NCBI GenBank assembly: GCA_964057225.1
Contig: OZ059895.1
Coordinates: 1,612,001 to 1,676,000 of the forward strand
Length of the DNA: 64,000 nucleotides
DNA from: Auanema rhodensis
Taxonomy: Eukaryota > Animalia > Nematoda
Direction of reading: 5' to 3'
Shown: positions 1-12,987 of the stretch, in pieces
Numbering within the stretch: the stretch's first letter is position 1
How the letters are laid out: the number at the start of each line of letters is the position of its first letter
Program-made: the position numbers and the translations under genes
The notes under the pieces: generated by a model
Database searches by the model: none
The model's input: the letters and a program-made list of their open reading frames with translations, nothing else
Told to the model about the DNA's origin: nothing

Positions 1-6
1 GAAGCA

Positions 7-34
7 ATGTTGAGTGTACATGGAAACTCAACAT
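7..34. other. Intra-monomer dyad 1: ATGTTGAGT-N10-ACTCAACAT (first copy given)
   Basis: Perfect 9-bp inverted repeat at 7-15 and 26-34. Confidence 0.9.
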
Positions 35-117
35 ACACTAATGCATCATTTTTCAAACGATCATAACTAATTTTTGTATTAAGCGTTTCTCAATGTAGTA
101 TAGTGCATTCGATGCGG

Positions 118-168
118 ATTTTTAAGCTGCGTCGATCTGTGTTATCAGATTTGCGCTAGCTTAAAAAT
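118..168. other. Intra-monomer dyad 2: ATTTTTAAGCT...AGCTTAAAAAT with inner GCG/CGC and ATCTG/CAGAT pairing
   Basis: Perfect 11-bp arms at 118-128 and 158-168, with an imperfect inner stem closing a 6-nt loop (140-145). Confidence 0.9.
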
Positions 169-185
169 GCACCGAGATATCAACT

Positions 186-207
186 GATATAAGTTAACAC
201 TTATATC
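186..207. other. Intra-monomer dyad 3: GATATAAGT-N4-ACTTATATC
   Basis: Perfect 9-bp arms at 186-194 and 199-207; overlaps ATATCA-AC-TGATAT at 177-190. Confidence 0.9.
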
Positions 208-309
208 CTCGATTTTCACCCTGAAGAAATAATTTTTTCGTTGAATAACATTGTCCATCGGCTTTGCCTTGAAAAAAGGAATCTAAAAACATCTACTTTT
301 TGCTAAATT

Positions 310-344
310 ATTTTGAAATTTTTCGAAAAAATTTTTGTCAAAAT
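310..344. other. Intra-monomer dyad 4: TTTTTCGAAAAA palindrome flanked by ATTTTGA/TCAAAAT in an A/T-tract-rich segment
   Basis: 12-bp perfect palindrome at 319-330; 7-bp outer arms at 310-316 and 338-344. Confidence 0.8.
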
Positions 345-3300
345 GTTTTTGGAAGCAATGTTGAGTGTACATGGAAACTCAACATACACTAATGCATCAT
401 TTTTCAAACGATCATAACTAATTTTTGTATTAAGCGTTTTTCAATGTAGTATAGTGCATTCGATGCGGATTTTTAAGCTGCGTCGATCTGTGTTATCAGA
501 TTTGCGCTAGCTTAAAAATGCACCGAGATATCAACTGATATAAGTTCACACATATATCCTCGATTTTCACCCTGAAGAAATAATTTTTTCGTTGAATAAC
601 ATTGTCCATCGTCTTTGCCTTGAAAAAAGGAATCTAAAAACATCTACTTTTTGCTAAATTATTTTGAAATTTTTCGAAAAAATTTCTGTCAAAATGTTTT
701 TGGAAGCAATGTTGAGTGTACATGGAAACTCAACATACACTAATGCATCATTTTTCAAACGATCATAACTAATTTTTGTATTAAGCGTTTCTCAATGTAG
801 TATAGTGCATTCGATGCGGATTTTTAAGCTGCGTCGATCTGTGTTATCAGATTTGCGCTAACTTAAAAATGCACCGAGATATCAACTGATATAAGTTCAC
901 ACATATATCCTCGATTTTCACCCTGAAGAAATAATTTTTTCGTTGAATAACATTGTCCATCGTCTTTGCCTTGAAAAAAGGAATCTAAAAACATCTACTT
1001 TTTGCTAAATTATTTTGAAATTTTTCGAAAAAATTTCTGTCAAAATGTTTTTGGAAGCAATGTTGAGTGTACATGGAAACTCAACATACACTAATGCATC
1101 ATTTTTCAAACGATCATAACTAATTTTTGTATTAAGCGTTTCTCAATGTAGTATAGTGCATTCGATGCGGATTTTTAAGCTGCGTCGATCTGTGTTATCA
1201 GATTTGCGCTAACTTAAAAATGCACCGAGATATCAACTGATATAAGTTCACACTTATATCCTCGATTTTCACCCTGAAGAATTAATTTTTTCGTTGAATA
1301 ACATTGTCTATCGTCTTTGCCTTGAAAAATGTAATCTAAAAACATCTACTTTTTGCTAAATTATTTTGAAATTTTTCGAAAAAATTTTTGTCAAAATGTT
1401 TTTGGAAGCAATGTTGAGTGTACATGGAAACTCAACATACACTAATGCATCATTTTTCAAACGATCATAACTAATTTTTGTATTAAGCGTTTCTCAATGT
1501 AGTATAGTGCATTCGATGCGGATTTGTAAGCTGCGTCGATCTGTGTTATCAGATTTGCGCTAGCTTAAAAATGCACCGAGATATCAACTGATATAAGTTC
1601 ACACTTATATCCTCGATTTTCACCCTGAAGAAATGATTTTTTCGTTGAATAACATTGTCCATCGTCTTTGCCTTGAAAAAAGGAATCTAAAAACATCTAC
1701 TTTTTGCTAAATTATTTTGAAATTTTTCGAAAAAATTTTTGTCAAAATGTTTTTGGAAGCAATGTTGAGTGTACATGGAAACTCAACATACACTAATGCA
1801 TCATTTTTCAAACGATCATAACTAATTTTTGTATTAAGCGTTTTTCAATGTAGTATAGTGCATTCGATGCGGATTTTTAAGCTGCGTCGATCTGTGTTAT
1901 CAGATTTGCGCTAGCTTAAAAATGCACCGAGATATCAACTGATATAAGTTCACACTTATATCCTCGATTTTCACCCTGAAGAATTAATTTTTTCGTTGAA
2001 TAACATTGTCTATCGTCTTTGCCTTGAAAAATGTAATCTAAAAACATCTACTTTTTGCTAAATTATTTTGAAATTTTTCGAAAAAATTTTTGTCAAAATG
2101 TTTTTGGAAGCAATGTTGAGTGTACATGGAAACTCAACATACACTAATGCATCATTTTTCAAACGATCATAACTAATTTTTGTATCAAGCGTTTCTCGAT
2201 GTAGTATAGTGCATTCGATGCGGATTTGTAAACTGCGTCGATCTGTGTTATCAGATTTGCGCTAACTTAAAAATGCACCGAGATATCAACTGATATAAGT
2301 TCACACTTATATCCTCGATTTTCACCCTGAAGAATCAATTTTTTCGTTGAATAACATTGTCCATCGTCTTCGCCTTGAAAGAAGGAATCTAAAAACATCT
2401 ACTTTTTGCTACATTATTCTGAAATTTTTCGAAAAAATTTTTGTCAAAATGTTTTTGGAAGCAATGTTGAGTGTACATGGAAACTCAACATACACTAATG
2501 CATCATTTTTCAAACGATCATAACTAATTTTTGTATCAAGCGTTTCTCAATGTAGTATAGTGCATTCGATGCGGATTTTTAAGCTGCGTCGATCTGTGTT
2601 ATCAGATTTGCGCTAGCTTAAAAATGCACCGAGATATCAACTGATATAAGTTCACACTTATATCCTCGATTTTCACACTGAAGAATTAATTTTTTCGTTG
2701 AATAACATTGTCTATCGTCTTTGCCTTGAAAAATGGAATCTAAAAACATCTACTTTTTGCTAAATTATTTTGAAATTTTTCGAAAAAATTTTTGTCAAAA
2801 TGTTTTTGGAAGCAATGTTGAGTGTACATGGAAACTCAACATACACTAATGCATCATTTTTCAAACGATCATAACTTATTTTTGTATCGAGCGTTTCTCA
2901 ATGTAGTATAGTGCATTCGATGCGGATTTTTAAGCTGCGTCGATCTGTGTTATCAGATTTGCGCTAGCTTAAAAATGCACCGAGATATCAACTGATATAA
3001 GTTCACACATATATCCTCGATTTTCACCCTGAAGAAATAATTTTTTCGTTGAATAACATTGTCCATCGTCTTTGCCTTAAAAAAAGGAATCTAAAAACAT
3101 CTACTTTTTGCTAAATTATTTTGAAATTTTTCGAAAAAATTTTTGTCAAAATGTTTTTGGAAGCAATGTTGAGTGTACATGGAAACTCAACATACACTAA
3201 TGCATCATTTTTCAAACGATCATAACTAATTTTTGTATTTAGCGTTTCTCAATGTAGTATAGTGCATTCGATGCGGATTTGTAAGCTGCGTCGATCTGTG

Positions 3301-6300
3301 TTATCAGATTTGCGCTAGCTTAAAAATGCACCGAGATATCAACTGATATAAGTTCACACTTATATCCTCGATTTTCACCCTGAAGAATTAATTTTTTCGT
3401 TGAATAACATTGTCTATCGTCTTTGCCTTGAAAAATGTAATCTAAAAACATCTACTTTTTGCTAAATTATTTTGAAATTTTTCGAAAAAATTTTTGTCAA
3501 AATGTTTTTGGAAGCAATGTTGAGTGTACATGGAAACTCAACATACACTAATGCATCATTTTTCAAACGATCATAACTAATTTTTGTATCAAGCGTTTCT
3601 CGATGTAGTATAGTGCATTCGATGCGGATTTGTAAGCTGCGTCGATCTGTGTTATCAGATTTGCGCTAACTTAAAAATGCACCGTGATATCAACTGATAT
3701 AAGTTCACACTTATATCCTCGATTTTCACCCTGAAGAATCAATTTTTTCGTTGAATAACATTGTCCATCGTCTTCGCCTTGAAAGAAGAAATCTAAAAAC
3801 ATCTACTTTTTGCTACATTATTCTGAAATTTTTCGAAAAAATTTTTGTCAAAATGTTTTTGGAAGCAATGTTGAGTGTACATGGAAACTCAACATACACT
3901 AATGCATCATTTTTCAAACGATCATAACTAATTTTTGTATCAAGCGTTTCTCAATGTAGTATAGTGCATTCGATGCGGATTTTTAAGCTGCGTCGATCTG
4001 TGTTATCAGATTTGCGCTAGCTTAAAAATGCACCGAGATATCAACTGATATAAGTTCACACTTATATCCTCGATTTTCACACTGAAGAATTAATTTTTTC
4101 GTTGAATAACATTGTCTATCGTCTTTGCCTTGAAAAAAGGAATCTAAAAACATCTACTTTTTGCTAAATTATTTTGAAATTTTTCGAAAAAATTTTTGTC
4201 AAAATGTTTTTGGAAGCAATGTTGAGTGTACATGGAAACTCAACATACACTAATGCATCATTTTTCAAACGATCATAACTAATTTTTGTATTAAGCGTTT
4301 TTCAATGTAGTATAGTGCATTCGATGCGGATTTTTAAGCTGCGTCGATCTGTGTTATCAGATTTGCGCTAGCTTAAAAATGCACCGAGATATCAACTGAT
4401 ATAAGTTCACACATATATCCTCGATTTTCACCCTGAAGAAATAATTTTTTCGTTGAATAACATTGTCCATTGTCTTTGCCTTGAAAAAAGGAATCTAAAA
4501 ACATCTACTTTTTGCTAAATTATTTTGAAATTTTTCGAAAAAATTTTTGTCAAAATGTTTTTGGAAGCAATGTTGAGTGTACATGGAAACTCAACATACA
4601 TTAATGCATCATTTTTCAAACGATCATAACTAATTTTTGTATTAAGCGTTTCTCAATGTAGTATAGTGCATTCGATGCGGATTTTAAAGCTGCGTCGATC
4701 TGTGTTATCAGATTTGCGCTAGCTTAAAAATGCACCGAGATATCAACTGATATAAGTTCACACTTATATCCTCGATTTTCACCCTGAAGAAATAATTTTT
4801 TCGTTGAATAACATTGTCCATCGTCTTTGCCTTGAAAAAAGGAATCTGAAAACATTTACTTTTTGCTAAATTATTTTGAAATTTTTCGAAAAAATTTTTG
4901 TCAAAATGTTTTTGGAAGCAATGTTGAGTGTACATGGAAACTCAACATACACTAATGCATCATTTTTCAAACGATCATAACTAATTTTTGTATTAAGCGT
5001 TTCTCAATGTAGTATAGTGCATTCGATGCGGATTTTTAAGCTGCGTCGATCTGTGTTATCAGATTTGCGCTAGCTTAAAAATGCACCGAGATATCAACTG
5101 ATATAAGTTAACACTTATATCCTCGATTTTCACCCTGAAGAAATAATTTTTTCGTTGAATAACATTGTCCATCGTCTTTGCCTTGAAAAAAGGAATCTGA
5201 AAACATTTACTTTTTGCTAAATTATTTTGAAATTTTTCGAAAAAATTTTTGTCAAAATGTTTTTGGAAGCAATGTTGAGTGTACATGGAAACTCAACATA
5301 CACTAATGCATCATTTTTCAAACGATCATAACTAATTTTTGTATTAAGCGTTTCTCAATGTAGTATAGTGCATTCGATGCGGATTTTTAAGCTGCGTCGA
5401 TCTGTGTTATCAGATTTGCGCTAGCTTAAAAATGCACCGAGATATCAACTGATATAAGTTAACACTTATATCCTCGATTTTCACCCTGAAGAAATAATTT
5501 TTTCGTTGAATAACATTGTCCATCGTCTTTGCCTTGAAAAAAGGAATCTAAAAACATCTACTTTTTGCTAAATTATTTTGAAATTTTTCGAAAAAATTTT
5601 TGTCAAAATGTTTTTGGAAGCAATGTTGAGTGTACATGGAAACTCAACATACACTAATGCATCATTTTTCAAACGATCATAACTAATTTTTGTATTAAGC
5701 GTTTTTCAATGTAGTATAGTGCATTCGATGCGGATTTTTAAGCTGCGTCGATCTGTGTTATCAGATTTGCGCTAGCTTAAAAATGCACCGGGATATCAAC
5801 TGATATAAGTTCACACATATATCCTCGATTTTCACCCTGAAGAAATAATTTTTTCGTTGAATAACATTGTCCATCGTCTTTGCCTTGAAAAAAGGAATCT
5901 AAAAACATCTACTTTTTGCTAAATTATTTTGAAATTTTTCGAAAAAATTTTTGTCAAAATGTTTTTGGAAGCAATGTTGAGTGTACATGGAAACTCAACA
6001 TACATTAATGCATCATTTTTCAAACGATCATAACTAATTTTTGTATTAAGCGTTTCTCAATGTAGTATAGTGCATTCGATGCGGATTTTAAAGCTGCGTC
6101 GATCTGTGTTATCAGATTTGCGCTAGCTTAAAAATGCACCGAGATATCAACTGATATAAGTTCACACTTATATCCTCGATTTTCACCCTGAAGAAATAAT
6201 TTTTTCGTTGAATAACATTGTCCATCGTCTTTGCCTTGAAAAAAGGAATCTGAAAACATTTACTTTTTGCTAAATTATTTTGAAATTTTTCGAAAAAATT

Positions 6301-9300
6301 TTTGTCAAAATGTTTTTGGAAGCAATGTTGAGTGTACATGGAAACTCAACATACACTAATGCATCATTTTTCAAACGATCATAACTAATTTTTGTATTAA
6401 GCGTTTCTCAATGTAGTATAGTGCATTCGATGCGGATTTTTAAGCTGCGTCGATCTGTGTTATCAGATTTGCGCTAGCTTAAAAATGCACCGAGATATCA
6501 ACTGATATAAGTTAACACTTATATCCTCGATTTTCACCCTGAAGAAATAATTTTTTCGTTGAATAACATTGTCCATCGTCTTTGCCTTGAAAAAAGGAAT
6601 CTAAAAACATCTACTTTTTGCTAAATTATTTTGAAATTTTTCGAAAAAATTTTTGTCAAAATGTTTTTGGAAGCAATGTTGAGTGTACATGGAAACTCAA
6701 CATACACTAATGCATCATTTTTCAAACGATCATAACTAATTTTTGTATTAAGCGTTTCTCAATGTAGTATAGTGCATTCGATGCGGATTTTAAAGCTGCG
6801 TCGATCTGTGTTATCAGATTTGCGCTAGCTTGAAAATGCACCGAGATATCAACTGATATAAGTTCACACTTATATCCTCGATTTTCACCCTGAAGAAATA
6901 ATTTTTTCGTTGAATAACATTGTCCATCGTCTTTGCCTTGAAAAAAGGAATCTGAAAACATCTACTTTTTGCTAAATTATTTTGAAATTTTTCGAAAAAA
7001 TTTTTGTCAAAATGTTTTTGGAAGCAATGTTGAGTGTACATGGAAACTCAACATACACTAATGCATCATTTTTCAAACGATCATAACTAATTTTTGTATC
7101 AAGCGTTTCTCAATGTAGTATAGTGCATTCGATGCGGATTTTTAAGCTGCGTCGATCTGTGTTATCAGATTTGCGCTAGCTTGAAAATGCACCGAGATAT
7201 CAACTGATATAAGTTCACACTTATATCCTCGATTTTCACCCTGAAGAAATAATTTTTTCGTTGAATAACATTGTCCATCGTCTTTGCCTTGAAAAAAGGA
7301 ATCTGAAAACATCTACTTTTTGCTAAATTATTTTGAAATTTTTCGAAAAAATTTTTGTCAAAATGTTTTTGGAAGCAATGTTGAGTGTACATGGAAACTC
7401 AACATACACTAATGCATCATTTTTCAAACGATCATAACTAATTTTTGTATCAAGCGTTTCTCAATGTAGTATAGTGCATTCGATGCGGATTTTTAAGCTG
7501 CGTCGATCTGTGTTATCAGATTTGCGCTAGCTTAAAAATGCACCGAGATATCAACTGATATAAGTTCACACATATATCCTCGATTTTCACCCTGAAGAAA
7601 TAATTTTTTCGTTGAATAACATTGTCCATCGTCTTTGCCTTGAAAAAAGGAATCTAAAAACATCTACTTTTTGCTAAATTATTTTGAAATTTTTCGAAAA
7701 AATTTTTGTCAAAATGTTTTTGGAAGCAATGTTGAGTGTACATGGAAACTCAACATACACTAATGCATCATTTTTCAAACGATCATAACTAATTTTTGTA
7801 TTTAGCGTTTCTCAATGTAGTATAGTGCATTCGATGCGGATTTGTAAGCTGCGTCGATCTGTGTTATCAGATTTGCGCTAGCTTAAAAATGCACCGAGAT
7901 ATCAACTGATATAAGTTCACACTTATATCCTCGATTTTCACCCTGAAGAATTAATTTTTTCGTTGAATAACATTGTCTATCGTCTTTGCCTTGAAAAATG
8001 TAATCTAAAAACATCTACTTTTTGCTAAATTATTTTGAAATTTTTCGAAAAAATTTTTGTCAAAATGTTTTTGGAAGCAATGTTGAGTGTACATGGAAAC
8101 TCAACATACACTAATGCATCATTTTTCAAACGATCATAACTAATTTTTGTATCAAGCGTTTCTCGATGTAGTATAGTGCATTCGATGCGGATTTGTAAGC
8201 TGCGTCGATCTGTGTTATCAGATTTGCGCTAACTTAAAAATGCACCGTGATATCAACTGATATAAGTTCACACTTATATCCTCGATTTTCACCCTGAAGA
8301 ATCAATTTTTTCGTTGAATAACATTGTCCATCGTCTTCGCCTTGAAAGAAGGAATCTAAAAACATCTACTTTTTGCTACATTATTCTGAAATTTTTCGAA
8401 AAAATTTTTGTCAAAATGTTTTTGGAAGCAATGTTGAGTGTACATGGAAACTCAACATACACTAATGCATCATTTTTCAAACGATCATAACTAATTTTTG
8501 TATCAAGCGTTTCTCAATGTAGTATAGTGCATTCGATGCGGATTTTTAAGCTGCGTCGATCTGTGTTATCAGATTTGCGCTAGCTTAAAAATGCACCGAG
8601 ATATCAACTGATATAAGTTCACACTTATATCCTCGATTTTCACCCTGAAGAAATAATTTTTTCGTTGAATAACATTGTCCATCGTCTTTGCCTTGAAAAA
8701 AGGAATCTAAAAACATCTACTTTTTGCTAAATTATTTTGAAATTTTTCGAAAAAATTTTTGTCAAAATGTTTTTGGAAGCAATGTTGAGTGTACATGGAA
8801 ACTCAACATACACTAATGCATCATTTTTCAAACGATCATAACTAATTTTTGTATTAAGCGTTTCTCAATGTAGTGTAGTGCATTCGATGCGGATTTTTAA
8901 GCTGCGTCGATCTGTGTTATCAGATTTGCGCTAGCTTGAAAATGCACCGAGATATCAACTGATATAAGTTCACACTTATATCCTCGATTTTCACCCTGAA
9001 GAAATAATTTTTTCGTTGAATAACATTGTCCATCGTCTTTGCCTTGAAAAAAGGAATCTGAAAACATCTACTTTTTGCTAAATTATTTTGAAATTTTTCG
9101 AAAAAATTTTTGTCAAAATGTTTTTGGAAGCAATGTTGAGTGTACATGGAAACTCAACATACACTAATGCATCATTTTTCAAACGATCATAACTAATTTT
9201 TATATTAAGCGTTTCTCAATGTAGTATAGTGCATTCGATGCGGATTTTTAAGCTGCGTCGATCTGTGTTATCAGATTTGCGCTAGCTTAAAAATGCACCG

Positions 9301-12300
9301 AGATATCAACTGATATAAGTTAACACTTATATCCTCGATTTTCACCCTGAAGAAATAATTTTTTCGTTGAATAACATTGTCCATCGTCTTTGCCTTGAAA
9401 AAAGGAATCTAAAAACATCTACTTTTTGCTAAATTATTTTGAAATTTTTCGAAAAAATTTTTGTCAAAATGTTTTTGGAAGCAATGTTGAGTGTACATGG
9501 AAACTCAACATACACTAATGCATCATTTTTCAAACGATCATAACTAATTTTTGTATTAAGCGTTTTTCAATGTAGTATAGTGCATTCGATGCGGATTTTT
9601 AAGCTGCGTCGATCTGTGTTATCAGATTTGCGCTAGCTTAAAAATGCACCGAGATATCAACTGATATAAGTTCACACATATATCCTCGATTTTCACCCTG
9701 AAGAAATAATTTTTTCGTTGAATAACATTGTCCATCGTCTTTGCCTTGAAAAAAGGAATCTAAAAACATCTACTTTTTGCTAAATTATTTTGAAATTTTT
9801 CGAAAAAATTTTTGTCAAAATGTTTTTGGAAGCAATGTTGAGTGTACATGGAAACTCAACATACACTAATGCATCATTTTTCAAACGATCATAACTAATT
9901 TTTGTATTAAGCGTTTTTCAATGTAGTATAGTGCATTCGATGCGGATTTTTAAGCTGCGTCGATCTGTGTTATCAGATTTGCGCTAGCTTAAAAATGCAC
10001 CGAGATATCAACTGATATAAGTTCACACATATATCCTCGATTTTCACCCTGAAGAAATAATTTTTTCGTTGAATAACATTGTCCATCGTCTTTGCCTTGA
10101 AAAAAGGAATCTAAAAACATCTACTTTTTGCTAAATTATTTTGAAATTTTTCGAAAAAATTTTTGTCAAAATGTTTTTGGAAGCAATGTTGAGTGTACAT
10201 GGAAACTCAACATACATTAATGCATCATTTTTCAAACGATCATAACTAATTTTTGTATTAAGCGTTTCTCAATGTAGTATAGTGCATTCGATGCGGATTT
10301 TAAAGCTGCGTCGATCTGTGTTATCAGATTTGCGCTAGCTTAAAAATGCACCGAGATATCAACTGATATAAGTTCACACTTATATCCTCGATTTTCACCC
10401 TGAAGAAATAATTTTTTCGTTGAATAACATTGTCCATCGTCTTTGCCTTGAAAAAAGGAATCTGAAAACATCTACTTTTTGCTAAATTATTTTGAAATTT
10501 TTCGAAAAAATTTTTGTCAAAATGTTTTTGGAAGCAATGTTGAGTGTACATGGAAACTCAACATACACTAATGCATCATTTTTCAAACGATCATAACTAA
10601 TTTTTGTATTAAGCGTTTCTCAATGTAGTATAGTGCATTCGATGCGGATTTTTAAGCTGCGTCGATCTGTGTTATCAGATTTGCGCTAGCTTAAAAATGC
10701 ACCGAGATATCAACTGATATAAGTTAACACTTATATCCTCGATTTTCACCCTGAAGAAATAATTTTTTCGTTGAATAACATTGTCCATCGTCTTTGCCTT
10801 GAAAAAAGGAATCTAAAAACATCTACTTTTTGCTAAATTATTTTGAAATTTTTCGAAAAAATTTTTGTCAAAATGTTTTTGGAAGCAATGTTGAGTGTAC
10901 ATGGAAACTCAACATACACTAATGCATCATTTTTCAAACGATCATAACTAATTTTTGTATTAAGCGTTTCTCAATGTAGTATAGTGCATTCGATGCGGAT
11001 TTTAAAGCTGCGTCGATCTGTGTTATCAGATTTGCGCTAGCTTAAAAATGCACCGAGATATCAACTGATATAAGTTCACACTTATATCCTCGATTTTCAC
11101 CCTGAAGAAATAATTTTTTCGTTGAATAACATTGTCCATCGTCTTTGCCTTGAAAAAAGGAATCTGAAAACATCTACTTTTTGCTAAATTATTTTGAAAT
11201 TTTTCGAAAAAATTTTTGTCAAAATGTTTTTGGAAGCAATGTTGAGTGTACATGGAAACTCAACATACACTAATGCATCATTTTTCAAACGATCATAACT
11301 AATTTTTGTATTAAGCGTTTCTCAATGTAGTATAGTGCATTCGATGCGGATTTTTAAGCTGCGTCGATCTGTGTTATCAGATTTGCGCTAGCTTAAAAAT
11401 GCACCGAGATATCAACTGATATAAGTTAACACTTATATCCTCGATTTTCACCCTGAAGAAATAATTTTTTCGTTGAATAACATTGTCCATCGTCTTTGCC
11501 TTGAAAAAAGGAATCTAAAAACATCTACGTTTTGCTAAATTATTTTGAAATTTTTCGAAAAAATTTTTGTCAAAATGTTTTTGGAAGCAATGTTGAGTGT
11601 ACATGGAAACTCAACATACACTAATGCATCATTTTTCAAACGATCATAACTAAATTTTGTATTAAGCGTTTTTCAATGTAGTATAGTGCATTCGATGCGG
11701 ATTTTTAAGCTGCGTCGATCTGTGTTATCAGATTTGCGCTAGCTTAAAAATGCACCGAGATATCAACTGATATAAGTTCACACATATATCCTCGATTTTC
11801 ACCCTGAAGAAATAATTTTTTCGTTGAATAACATTGTCCATCGTCTTTGCCTTGAAAAAAGGAATCTAAAAACATCTACTTTTTGCTAAATTATTTTGAA
11901 ATTTTTCGAAAAAATTTTTGTCAAAATGTTTTTGGAAGCAATGTTGAGTGTACATGGAAACTCAACATACACTAATGCATCATTTTTCAAACGATCATAA
12001 CTAATTTTTGTATTAAGCGTTTCTCAATGTAGTATAGTGCATTCGTTGCGGATTTTTAAGCTGCGTCGATCTGTGTTATCAGATTTGCGCTAGCTTAAAA
12101 ATGCACCGAGATATCAACTGATATAAGTTCACACTTATATCCTCGATTTTCACCCTGAAGAAATAATTTTTTCGTTGAATAACATTGTCCATCGTCTTTG
12201 CCTTGAAAAAAGGAATCTAAAAACATCTACTTTTTGCTAAATTATTTTGAAATTTTTCGAAAAAATTTTTGTCAAAATGTTTTTGGAAGCAATGTTGAGT

Positions 12301-12987
12301 GTACATGGAAACTCAACATACACTAATGCATCATTTTTCAAACGATCATAACTAATTTTTGTATTAAGCGTTTCTCAATGTAGTATAGTGCATTCGATGC
12401 GGATTTTTAAGCTGCGTCGATCTGTGTTATCAGATTTGCGCTAGCTTAAAAATGCACAGAGATATCAACTGATATAAGTTAACACTTATATCCTCGATTT
12501 TCACCCTGAAGAAATAATTTTTTCGTTGAATAACATTGTCCATCGTCTTTGCCTTGAAAAAAGGAATCTAAAAACATCTACTTTTTGCTAAATTATTTTG
12601 AAATTTTTCGAAAAAATTTTTGTCAAAATGTTTTTGGAAGCAATGTTGAGTGTACATGGAAACTCAACATACACTAATGCATCATTTTTCAAACGATCAT
12701 AACTAATTTTTGTATTAAGCGTTTCTCAATGTAGTATAGTGCATTCGATGCGGATTTTTAAGCTGCGTCGATCTGTGTTATCAGATTTGCGCTAGCTTAA
12801 AAATGCACAGAGATATCAACTGATATAAGTTAACACTTATATCCTCGATTTTCACCCTGAAGAAATAATTTTTTCGTTGAATAACATTGTCCATCGTCTT
12901 TGCCTTGAAAAAAGGAATCTAAAAACATTTACTTTTTGCTAAATTATTTTGAAATTTTTCGAAAAAATTTTTGTCAAAATGTTTTTG

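Noticed and set aside
1-351. Tandem RNA gene cluster (5S rRNA, tRNA, snRNA, spliced leader)
   Set aside because: No recognisable 5S, cloverleaf, A/B-box or SL sequence, and the hairpins are short and unconnected. An Rfam/Infernal scan would be decisive.
1-351. Monomer as an ancient dimer of about 175-bp subunits
   Set aside because: Only low-complexity matches (AATTTTT-type tracts) between the halves; no convincing alignment by eye.
1-351. Assignment to a named satellite family (e.g. Drosophila 359-bp or Tribolium 340-360-bp satellites)
   Set aside because: Size and AT content are similar, but I cannot confirm sequence identity without a database search.
6722-6961. 79-aa minus-strand ORF
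   Set aside because: An alternative frame of the same monomer, opened by a chance combination of SNPs in a single copy.
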